Position numbers and translations under genes: made by a program
Assembly (NCBI GenBank): GCA_051439605.1
Contig: JBFRWN010000063.1
Location: 1 to 27,139, forward strand
Length of the DNA stretch: 27,139 bases
Source: Synechococcus sp.
GTDB taxonomy: Bacteria; Cyanobacteriota; Cyanobacteriia; Thermostichales; PCC-7336
Reading direction: 5' to 3'
Shown here: one piece after another, positions 10,100-18,374 of the stretch
Layout of the letters: each line of letters begins with the position of its first letter
Position numbering within the stretch: the first letter of the stretch is position 1
The notes under the pieces: generated by a model
Seen by the model: the letters and a program-made list of their open reading frames with translations, nothing else
What the model was told of the DNA's origin: nothing
Database searches by the model: none

Positions 10100-11497
10100 A
10101 TGAACTCCGATCTCGTTGACGGTCTCAATCGCCTAGACGATTTGGTGCAGCGCTACAGCGATCGCGCTGACTTTCTCAGCATTCGCCTGGAACGATCGGA
10201 ACGCACCGATATTGCATACAAAGATAGCGATCTGGAAACCCTCTGCGAGTCCCTTTCTGTGGGTGGGCACGTTCGCGCTTGTTATCGCGGAGGCTGGGGG
10301 TTCGCCAGCTTCAATACCCTGAGAAATCTAACACGACAGGTAGAAGCCGCCGTTGAAGCTGCTAGGTGGGTGGGTACAGAAACAACCCAGCTTGCCCCCA
10401 TCCCTATCCACCAAGCTACCCTTCCCCTGCACTTAGCTGGCACCGATCCAAGGCATATCCCGTTAGCAAAAAAAACTGACCTGTGCGATTGCTACAGCCA
10501 AATCCTAGTCCAAGCGGGGGAGGACATTGCTTCCACTAGCGTGCGCTACAGCGATCGCACTCAACAGGTCTGGATAGCGACCTCCGAAGGGACCCGGATC
10601 GACCAAACCTTGTCCGATTTAGAAATGCGATTTTCAGCCATCGCTCGCTGGGGCGATCGCGTACAAACAGGCCGTGAAACAATGGGTTCTCGCCAAGGCT
10701 TCGAACCCGCAGAGGGGTTGGAGACCCAAGTTTTGGGAGCCGCCCGCCGGGCCATCGACCAGCTTCGGCTCCCCTCAGTTCCCGGAGGATCCTACACCGT
10801 AGTCATCGACCCGATTCTAACGGGACTATTTGTCCACGAGGCGTTCGGCCATCTCTCTGAGGCAGACGCAATTTACGACAACCCCGATCTTTTGGAGCTC
10901 CTAACGCTGGGTCGTTCGTTCGGGCCAAACATTCTGCAAATTTGGGATGGGGCTGCCCCCGTCGGTCACCGCGGCAGCTATCACTTCGACGACGAAGGCA
11001 CCCCGGCCAGCACCACTCAGCTGATTCGAGATGGCTGCTTAGTTGGTCGCCTGCATTCGCGAGAGACAGCTGGGACATTAGGTGAATCCCCTACCGGAAA
11101 CGGTCGTTGCGTTGACTATCACCATTCCCCCATCGTGCGCATGACCAATACCTGGATCGAGGCAGGCTCCACACCGCTCACCGATTTGATCGCAGGGGTT
11201 GAAACGGGTGTCTACGCTGCCAACTGGTTGGGGGGCAGCACCAATGGAGAATTATTTACGTTTAGCGCAGGAGAAGCCAGATGGATTCGCAACGGCCAAC
11301 TGTGCGAACCCGTGCGGGACGTAACGCTGTCTGGAAACGTATTTCAAACCTTGGCAGACATCGATGCCATCGGCGACGACTTTGTGTGGGACGAATCGGG
11401 GGGGTGCGGAAAGGGTGGGCAGAATGACTTGGCGGTAGGAGTCGGCGGTCCCAGCCTACGCATCCGTAACGTTACCGTGGGTGGAAATATTGAGTAA
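10100..11497 (+). CDS. tldD: TldD/PmbA-family metalloprotease, catalytic TldD subunit (alternative start GTG 10082)
   Basis: GGWGFAS, VHEAFGHLSEAD (HExxGH), FDDEG, TGNGR, VRMTNT and GCGKGGQ (metal-binding Cys). Confidence 0.9.
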   Translation: MNSDLVDGLNRLDDLVQRYSDRADFLSIRLERSERTDIAYKDSDLETLCESLSVGGHVRACYRGGWGFASFNTLRNLTRQVEAAVEAARWVGTETTQLAPIPIHQATLPLHLAGTDPRHIPLAKKTDLCDCYSQILVQAGEDIASTSVRYSDRTQQVWIATSEGTRIDQTLSDLEMRFSAIARWGDRVQTGRETMGSRQGFEPAEGLETQVLGAARRAIDQLRLPSVPGGSYTVVIDPILTGLFVHEAFGHLSEADAIYDNPDLLELLTLGRSFGPNILQIWDGAAPVGHRGSYHFDDEGTPASTTQLIRDGCLVGRLHSRETAGTLGESPTGNGRCVDYHHSPIVRMTNTWIEAGSTPLTDLIAGVETGVYAANWLGGSTNGELFTFSAGEARWIRNGQLCEPVRDVTLSGNVFQTLADIDAIGDDFVWDESGGCGKGGQNDLAVGVGGPSLRIRNVTVGGNIE

Positions 11498-11716
11498 AAG
11501 CAGCTTATTGCCCCGAAAACGACTACCCCACCGGCGATCGGCCTATTTTTTCTGCTTATGCCAAAGGAGCTAGTGATAAGGCAGGTTAATGCGAACGCCC
11601 CTCTGGCATCAGTCGGTATGGCTCTATCTTCACCGTGAAGATCGGCGATCGCCAACATCCAATCAAGCGTGGACAATCCTTGAGGAATATAGCTTCCAGC
11701 CATCTGAAGAAAATAA

Positions 11717-12184
<468 letters not shown>

Positions 12185-12212
12185 TCGTTACCCACCTATC
12201 AGTATGCATCTT

Positions 12213-12248
12213 TCAAAAGTCCCTCAAGAAAACTTGAGGGACTTTTGA
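12213..12248. terminator. Rho-independent terminator after petF, probably bidirectional
   Basis: Perfect 16-bp inverted repeat TCAAAAGTCCCTCAAG-aaaa-CTTGAGGGACTTTTGA, with A and T tracts on both sides. Confidence 0.85.
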
Positions 12249-12632
12249 GTATCAGGCATTCCATTCCACATCCATAGTCTTTCTGAAGCCTATTGAAAGG
12301 GGGACCGAGGGGGTTGACGCCCATGGCCGTGATATGGCGCGGAGGTGGTAGCAACTCAGTCAGGTGATGCCTGGCTAACCAATCTTCAACAGCATTCAAG
12401 GCTCTACCAAGTTTTATGCCTAAACACTAAGAAATTTTCACTCTTGTCGGCTTAGCCACTACATCTAGTGTAGTATTGCAGCAAATTCCTTTCTGTTTCC
12501 CGCAGTCATGGTGTTTCGCCATTGTGTGAGTACTCTCTGTGCCCACCCTTTGGCAGCTGCGGGGATAGACGGTATCCCGGTGATAACGACTGGGATCTTC
12601 TGGGGAAGGAGTGTTGGTTGAGGATCCTGGTG

Positions 12633-14588
12633 ATGAACGCAGACAACAGCCGTTCTGAGTTGGATGACCCCCAGGCAGGCGCTATGCCAGCAGGGCAGTT
12701 GCAGGAACTCATGCAAACGGTGGCTCGGGCGGTGGTGCAGCAACCACAGAATCCATCATCGTCCCAGTTGTCTTCCTATCAGTACTTTCACAATGAGGGG
12801 GCTCGAGATCGTGCTGCTCCCCAATGGGTGGAGTCCAATGTCATTGGAAACCGGAGCGATCGAACTGAGGAGCGATCGCTCCGGTCTAATCAATATGGCC
12901 TGAACTCGCAGATGCCATTCGCGGGGGACGAGCTGGCTCCATCCCTCCCGAATGCCCACTTAATGGAACAAATTGCTCGGTCTCCAGCGGCAATTCGGGC
13001 GATCGAAACTCCCTCAATGTCTTTGTCTACTGTGCTTCGATCTTCATCTGTGAATGAAGACAGCCAGCAGCTGTCCCGGCCAGAAGCTGAGGTGTCAGAG
13101 TCTTCTGAAACCTATGAAATTGCCAGTGTCGACGAAGAGCCCATACCAGAGCCGCAACTCGTGGAGATGGTGGAAGCAGAGCAGGCAGAGGGGATGACTT
13201 CAGTGTCTGGTGAAGTCATGAACCGAACCGAGCGAGATGCTGTGGCTGTTGGATCGGTCGTTTCTAGCGACTGGATAGAAGTCACGTTTGACGAGGCTAT
13301 GGAGCATTATCGGGAGCGGGCTGAGGCCGTTGACTTTGAAGTCATCAACGAGGGGGGCTGGGAGCAAATGCCTGTGGTGCTCGAGGCAGGTGCCGAGCCT
13401 GAGACGATCGCGTCGGCGAAATGTTCTAGCATTGCCATTTCAGAAAACCAGTCGGAGATAGAGGAGATGACTATGACCGATCTGTCTGTAGAAATATCCG
13501 CGACAGAAGCGACGGCGATCGACGCCGAGATTCCGAGTTCTGCTGAGCGCTATCTTGTCGATTTTGATTGGGTAGAAGACAGGGCGGCTGATGACGTCAC
13601 AACAAGTGAAGACCCCTTGCAACCCTCTTCCGTAAGAGACAACGAAGAAGAAATTTGCGGCGACACTGTGAGCGAATCAACCTCGACGGATAACAATCCG
13701 GAATGGATGGAGTACCAACCTAGTCTGCTGACTGAGGAAGAGCTTGCAGTCATTTATGACGATTCTTTGGGTGCGGAATCCGCTCCAAAGCGATCGGTGG
13801 AACAGGGTGTTGAGTCAAACGTGAATGGAGTGGGTGCGATGGTGTTGGAAAATTCCGAGCAAAATATGGGTGCTGTTGACAGTCCCTCTGGAGGTTACGA
13901 ACTGTGCAAGGAGGGTGTTTCAGAGCCGATTTCTGGAGAAGGCGACACAATTTCATCTGATTCGATGGCGGTCGCCTCTTTGCCCCTCGATTCAGAACCC
14001 ATAGAGAATCTGATGGTGGAAAAAGAGGCCGCGATCGAGCAGGTTGACGAAGTGGTGACAGCATTTGGCGTCAATGCTGAGGAGATAGGCTCTGACGTCG
14101 CTTCCCAGGCAATGCCACTACCGGCTAGTTCACAAACCCCAATACCGATTCCTCAGTTCGATCCGCAGCATTTTGTTCCGCCCCCCGCGAGGCTCCAAGA
14201 ATCGCGCAAGCGGGAAATCCAGGCGGAAATGCATGGATTGCGAGGGCAGATCGATCTGCTGGAACTGCGGGAAGAGAAACTGCACCTGCAAATGCAGAAC
14301 TACGTTAGCGAAATCGACCAGCTGAACGAGCAAACAGTCTTGCTTGAAAAACTGGTGCAAGAGATGCCCGACATCTACCGCGAGAAGTTTCGTGCACGCA
14401 TGAAGCCGATTCAGGAGCGGATTGCCAAAATCCAAGAGGAAAACCTGCGATTGCACGATGATGTTGACTGGCTAACCCAAAAGCTGGCCGAGAATGCATT
14501 GCCCCCTGCCCCAGAAAGTCGCCACCTAATTAAGCTACCGAGCTTTGGCCGTCGCCTGCCTCTGCTCCCCAATGCTGTTGGGCAGTAA
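12633..14588 (+). CDS. Hypothetical protein (651 aa): long acidic low-complexity region plus a C-terminal coiled-coil domain (Npun_F5560-like)
   Basis: Long ORF with GAGG upstream of ATG 12633. About 500 aa are E/D/S-rich. The C-terminal heptads with LLEKLVQEMPDIYREKFRARMKPIQERIAKIQEENLRLH...IKLPSF resemble, from memory, the cyanobacterial Npun_F5560 family. Confidence 0.8.
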   Translation: MNADNSRSELDDPQAGAMPAGQLQELMQTVARAVVQQPQNPSSSQLSSYQYFHNEGARDRAAPQWVESNVIGNRSDRTEERSLRSNQYGLNSQMPFAGDELAPSLPNAHLMEQIARSPAAIRAIETPSMSLSTVLRSSSVNEDSQQLSRPEAEVSESSETYEIASVDEEPIPEPQLVEMVEAEQAEGMTSVSGEVMNRTERDAVAVGSVVSSDWIEVTFDEAMEHYRERAEAVDFEVINEGGWEQMPVVLEAGAEPETIASAKCSSIAISENQSEIEEMTMTDLSVEISATEATAIDAEIPSSAERYLVDFDWVEDRAADDVTTSEDPLQPSSVRDNEEEICGDTVSESTSTDNNPEWMEYQPSLLTEEELAVIYDDSLGAESAPKRSVEQGVESNVNGVGAMVLENSEQNMGAVDSPSGGYELCKEGVSEPISGEGDTISSDSMAVASLPLDSEPIENLMVEKEAAIEQVDEVVTAFGVNAEEIGSDVASQAMPLPASSQTPIPIPQFDPQHFVPPPARLQESRKREIQAEMHGLRGQIDLLELREEKLHLQMQNYVSEIDQLNEQTVLLEKLVQEMPDIYREKFRARMKPIQERIAKIQEENLRLHDDVDWLTQKLAENALPPAPESRHLIKLPSFGRRLPLLPNAVGQ

Positions 14589-14630
14589 GCGATACGCACG
14601 ATAGGCAAGCGAACTGAACGAGATTCAGTC

Positions 14631-14675
14631 GACCCCCATTAAGCCTTCACACCATGAAGGAGATTAATGGGGGTC
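14631..14675. terminator. Long stem-loop downstream of the coiled-coil gene
   Basis: GACCCCCATTAA / TTAATGGGGGTC (12 bp perfect) plus an inner CCTTCA/TGAAGG stem. A small ACTGAA/TTCAGT hairpin precedes it (14613-14629). There is no U-tract, so it may be a 3'-stabilising stem. Confidence 0.6.
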
Positions 14676-14726
14676 AATGATTCGTTAAACCTTTCCCCAT
14701 TGCCGGTCTCGTGAAAAGACAGCGGC

Positions 14727-14835
14727 CATAATTAGACATCAGGGCGATCGGGACATTGCAATCGGGCCGCTTTAACCAAGTAAGTCGGACTGGTGCGCGG
14801 GGTCTGGAAATGTCCTCAGCGGCTGAACAGCCGTT
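14727..14835 (+). promoter_or_regulatory. Putative -10 element followed by a structured leader or small RNA upstream of dnaX
   Basis: CATAAT at 14727-14732. A rod-like hairpin spans 14750-14816, closed by GGACATT/AATGTCC. A second hairpin AGCGGCT-gaac-AGCCGTT spans 14818-14835. Confidence 0.4.
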
Positions 14836-14871
14836 ATCCTATCGTTTTGTCACTGTTTAGCGAAGAAGTGC

Positions 14872-17142
14872 ATGGCTTACGTCCCGCTGCATCACAAATA
14901 CCGCCCCCAGCGCTTTGCGGATGTGGTGGGGCAGTCTGCGGTGGTGCAAACCCTGAGTAACGCCATTCGCGGCGATCGCATTGCTCCGGCCTATCTGTTC
15001 TGCGGGCCTCGCGGTACAGGCAAAACCTCTTCAGCCCGCATTTTAGCCAAGTCCCTTAATTGTGTGGAGGGGCCGACTCCAGAGCCTTGCAATCAATGCG
15101 ACGCTTGCACCTCGATTACCGGTGGTTCGTCGCTGGATGTGATCGAGATTGATGCTGCCAGCAATACTGGCGTCGACAACATTCGCGAGCTGATCGAACG
15201 ATCGCAATTTGCCCCCGTCAACTGCCGCTACAAGGTGTACGTACTGGACGAGGTGCACATGCTCTCGACAGCTGCCTTTAACGCCTTGCTCAAAACTCTG
15301 GAGGAGCCACCCCCCCAAGTGGTCTTTGTATTGGCCACCACCGACCCCCAGAGAGTACTACCTACTGTCATCTCTCGCTGTCAGCGGTTTGACTTTCGCC
15401 GCATTCCGCTAGAGGCCATGGTGCACCACCTGCAGGCGATCGCCGAACAGGAGCAAATCGCGATTGCGGATACGGCTGTAGAACTCATCGCCCAAATTGC
15501 TCAAGGGGGATTGCGAGACGCAGAGAGTCTACTGGACCAGCTCAGCCTGTTACCCGACAAGATTGCGGTTGAGAATGTTTGGGATTTGGTGGGGGCGGTA
15601 CCGGAGCGGGAACTGCTGGCGCTGTTGGACGCGATCGCCCGCAAAGACGCTCAACAGGTGGTATCCCAACTGCGTCACCTGATGGACAACGGCAAAGAAC
15701 CATTGATCCTACTTCAAAATCTGACGGGCTTCTTTCGGGATTTGCTGCTGGCAAAGACTGTCCCCGGTCAGCGGGAAATGGTTGCCTTAACTCAACCCAC
15801 TTGGGAGGGGTTGGTGGAACGGGCACCAAACTATGCGGTGGCCGATATCTTGGCGGTACAGCGGCGGTTGATTGATGTGGAACCGCTACTCAAAAACACC
15901 ACGCAACCCCGATTGTGGCTGGAAATTTCGCTGCTGAACTTATTGCAGGCCCCTGCAGAGGCGATCGCGTCTACTGTTACTCCAGTTGCAGCTGCTCCAG
16001 CGATATCTACTCCAGTGAACCCTGCTCCGGTGACCTCTGCTCCGGTGAACCCTGCTCCGGTGGTTCGCTCCACTCAACCCGCGGCAGCCTCCGCTCAGCC
16101 TGCCAACCCTGCCGTATATCCAGCCTCCTCTGCCTTCAGCTCTGAGCCCAAACAACCGAAACCACAGTCCGTTGATGCACCTCCACCGGTCTTAACCGCA
16201 TCAGCTGCTCCGGTTGCTCCGGTAAGTACACCGGTCCCAGTGGCTTTGGCGGATCGAGTCCCGGCGGACACCGTGCAACCATCCTCTTCTCAAGCCCCAG
16301 CTCCCAAACCAACCGCTCAGCCTTTACCGACATCGCCTCCGGTGCCCGCTGGGCAAGCCTTGGCGGCTCACTGGCAAGCCATGCTTGACAGCCTTCCCTT
16401 CTCAAAGAGCGCTTTACTGAAGCTGCATGTCAGCGTACGTGAGGAAACGCAGAAGAAAGCAACTTTAGCCTTGTCCCCCAATATGCGGGCCTTCGCAAGC
16501 AAAATTCGCGGTCTGCTGCCCGAATTGGAAACCCTAGCTGCACAACGTATCGGACGGGACATCAAATTGGATTTGGTCTTGGGGGAAAGCAAACCGACTG
16601 CCTCTGCTCCGGCAACAGCGCCTGCCCCCGCACCTGCCCCCATAACGAGTCCTCCTGGCAATCCACCTCCGCAGCCGGTAGCCATACAGGCATCAGCTCC
16701 AGCACCGGCATCAGTTCCACCGTCATCGGATTCTGCGGCTCCGGCACCGATCGCCCAGTCGGTTCCGGCCGCCGATTTGTCGACGGCTCCTGTGGCTGAG
16801 ACCGCTGTTCCGGGGCGATCGCCAGTCCAGGAACCAGACATATTAGATCGAGCCACCCATCGGCTAGCCGATTTTTTCAGCGGCAGCATCGTGGAAGAGC
16901 TAGTGGATGAAACTGAAGAAGTTGAGGAGATCGAGATAGTCGAGGCTTCACCGGCTGTGGCCCTATCTGCAGCCCCCACTTCCATTCCTAGTTCTCAGCG
17001 AAGCACTTTGCCGAATACAGCGGCCTTATCAGAGTCAGACGCTTTGTCGGAGCATGCACCAGTTGGATCGACCCCCACTAGCCCAGCAAGTGGCTCGATG
17101 GAGGAAGACCTTGAGGAAGATGAATACGAACTTCCCTTTTAA
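14872..17142 (+). CDS. dnaX: DNA polymerase III subunit gamma/tau
   Basis: KYRPQRF, Walker A GPRGTGKTS, Zn module (C..PCNQCDAC), EIDAASN, Walker B LDEVHML, SRC and GGLRDA, followed by Pro/Ala-rich linkers. Confidence 0.98.
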   Translation: MAYVPLHHKYRPQRFADVVGQSAVVQTLSNAIRGDRIAPAYLFCGPRGTGKTSSARILAKSLNCVEGPTPEPCNQCDACTSITGGSSLDVIEIDAASNTGVDNIRELIERSQFAPVNCRYKVYVLDEVHMLSTAAFNALLKTLEEPPPQVVFVLATTDPQRVLPTVISRCQRFDFRRIPLEAMVHHLQAIAEQEQIAIADTAVELIAQIAQGGLRDAESLLDQLSLLPDKIAVENVWDLVGAVPERELLALLDAIARKDAQQVVSQLRHLMDNGKEPLILLQNLTGFFRDLLLAKTVPGQREMVALTQPTWEGLVERAPNYAVADILAVQRRLIDVEPLLKNTTQPRLWLEISLLNLLQAPAEAIASTVTPVAAAPAISTPVNPAPVTSAPVNPAPVVRSTQPAAASAQPANPAVYPASSAFSSEPKQPKPQSVDAPPPVLTASAAPVAPVSTPVPVALADRVPADTVQPSSSQAPAPKPTAQPLPTSPPVPAGQALAAHWQAMLDSLPFSKSALLKLHVSVREETQKKATLALSPNMRAFASKIRGLLPELETLAAQRIGRDIKLDLVLGESKPTASAPATAPAPAPAPITSPPGNPPPQPVAIQASAPAPASVPPSSDSAAPAPIAQSVPAADLSTAPVAETAVPGRSPVQEPDILDRATHRLADFFSGSIVEELVDETEEVEEIEIVEASPAVALSAAPTSIPSSQRSTLPNTAALSESDALSEHAPVGSTPTSPASGSMEEDLEEDEYELPF
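15980..16069 (+). repeat. In-frame 15-bp degenerate tandem repeat (6 units) in the DnaX linker
   Basis: Units beginning CTCC(A/G)G at 15980, 15995, 16010, 16025, 16040 and 16055 encode PVAAA-PAIST-PVNPA-PVTSA-PVNPA-PVVRS. Confidence 0.8.
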
Positions 17143-17203
17143 ACAAGAGGCCAGTCGAAGGGAATAGACTGCAACGCTACGGGCAAATTTCAGATCAACT
17201 CAG

Positions 17204-18094
17204 ATGCACGACAGCAGTGATTTAACCTCAATGAACTGGCAGCAACGACTGGCGATCGCGTTTGACCCCGTAGAGTCGGTATTGGGTCGCTGGATCAATA
17301 CCTTACTCGTGCTGCTGATCGTGGGCTTCTGCACCATCTATGTAGTGGAGACCTATCCGATTTCTGACCAGATGCACCGCAGGTTAGATTTGGCTGATAA
17401 CTGCATTTTGGCGATCTTCTCGATTGAATATCTGCTGCGGTTTTTGGCCGCCAAGTCTAAATTAGCCTTTGTCTGGAATTGGTATTCCGCCATTGACTTG
17501 ATTTCTATCCTGCCTTTGTGGTTTGGCTTATTCGATCTGGGGTTCGTTCGCTTTTTGCGGCTCTTGGAGGGGGTGCGGGTGTTGAGATTGGCTCGGTATT
17601 TCAAAAGCGATCGCTGGATAACCGATCCAGATGGTGCCGATAAAATCATCATCGCCCGGATTATTTTCACGCTGTTTGCGATTGTGTTTGTTTATGCCGG
17701 GTTGATTTACGAGATGGAGCACGCGGTCAACCCTCAAACGTTCCGGACGTTTCTGGATGCTTTTTATTTTTCGGTGGTCACGATGACTACGGTTGGCTAT
17801 GGCGATGTCACCCCCATCTCTGACGGGGGTCGCCTATTCACTGTGTTGATGATTTTGACGGGAATTGCGTTGGTACCCTGGCAAATTGGCGATTTAATTC
17901 GGCGCTTGTTGCGATCGCGAGCTCCGGTAGAAACCGCTTGCCAACAATGTGGTCTGGCGTTTCACGAAGCCGATGCCGTGTTTTGCCGTCGATGTGGCAC
18001 CGTTCTCAATCAATCTGGGGAGGTGTCAACTCAGATGGGCGACCTGAGTGTCCCTCCAAAGCAAGAGATCTCGGAGAATGCCAGCAATTCTTAG
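17204..18094 (+). CDS. 6-TM voltage-gated-type potassium channel with a C-terminal zinc-ribbon motif (alternative start ATG 17231)
   Basis: Selectivity filter TMTTVGYGD, S4-like RFLRLLEGVRVLRLAR, six hydrophobic segments, and C-terminal CQQC...FCRRCG. Confidence 0.92.
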   Translation: MHDSSDLTSMNWQQRLAIAFDPVESVLGRWINTLLVLLIVGFCTIYVVETYPISDQMHRRLDLADNCILAIFSIEYLLRFLAAKSKLAFVWNWYSAIDLISILPLWFGLFDLGFVRFLRLLEGVRVLRLARYFKSDRWITDPDGADKIIIARIIFTLFAIVFVYAGLIYEMEHAVNPQTFRTFLDAFYFSVVTMTTVGYGDVTPISDGGRLFTVLMILTGIALVPWQIGDLIRRLLRSRAPVETACQQCGLAFHEADAVFCRRCGTVLNQSGEVSTQMGDLSVPPKQEISENASNS

Positions 18095-18276
18095 AGGTAA
18101 CACAGTCGGCTGCATCCATAGCGCAATCGCGGGTCGAACTCGTACAGAAATTGTCAGGGCTCATAAGTCACCCATGGTCGAGCCATTAGATTTCTCAATG
18201 CAACACTTCTTTACTTTTTAGGAATACAGAACCTACAATCTGAGCATAGATTCATAAAACTTCTATCGATGGTATG

Positions 18277-18294
18277 CATAGATTTTTGTCTATG
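18277..18294. promoter_or_regulatory. NdhR (CcmR) LysR-type operator upstream of ndhF3
   Basis: cATAG-atttttgt-CTATg matches the ATAG-N8-CTAT motif described for NdhR/CcmR, 80 nt upstream of ndhF3 in AT-rich DNA. A related ATA-N7-TAT lies at 18254-18266. Confidence 0.75.
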
Positions 18295-18374
18295 TAGTTT
18301 TCTTGTCGCTACCTTTAGTGTGAAAAGATACGTTTGTAATACTTTTTGTTCGACCTTTAGGATTAAAGGCTGCC

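Noticed and set aside
12505..12525. ATGGTGTTTCGCCAT resembling a fluoride riboswitch 5' segment
   Set aside because: It lacks the GGCGATGG start and the downstream pseudoknot partner, and no fluoride-related gene follows. It is only a short hairpin.
14739..14835. SRP RNA (ffs) upstream of dnaX, as in Bacillus, or a tRNA
   Set aside because: The SRP domain IV consensus (CAGG-CC-GGAA-GG-AGCAGC) is absent on both strands, and there is no TTCRA T-loop or cloverleaf.
16368..16985. 205-aa antisense ORF inside dnaX, and other shadow ORFs such as 18998-19591, 20640-21206 and 22526-22966
   Set aside because: They fully overlap well-supported genes, mirror low-complexity or biased codon usage, and show no recognisable motifs.
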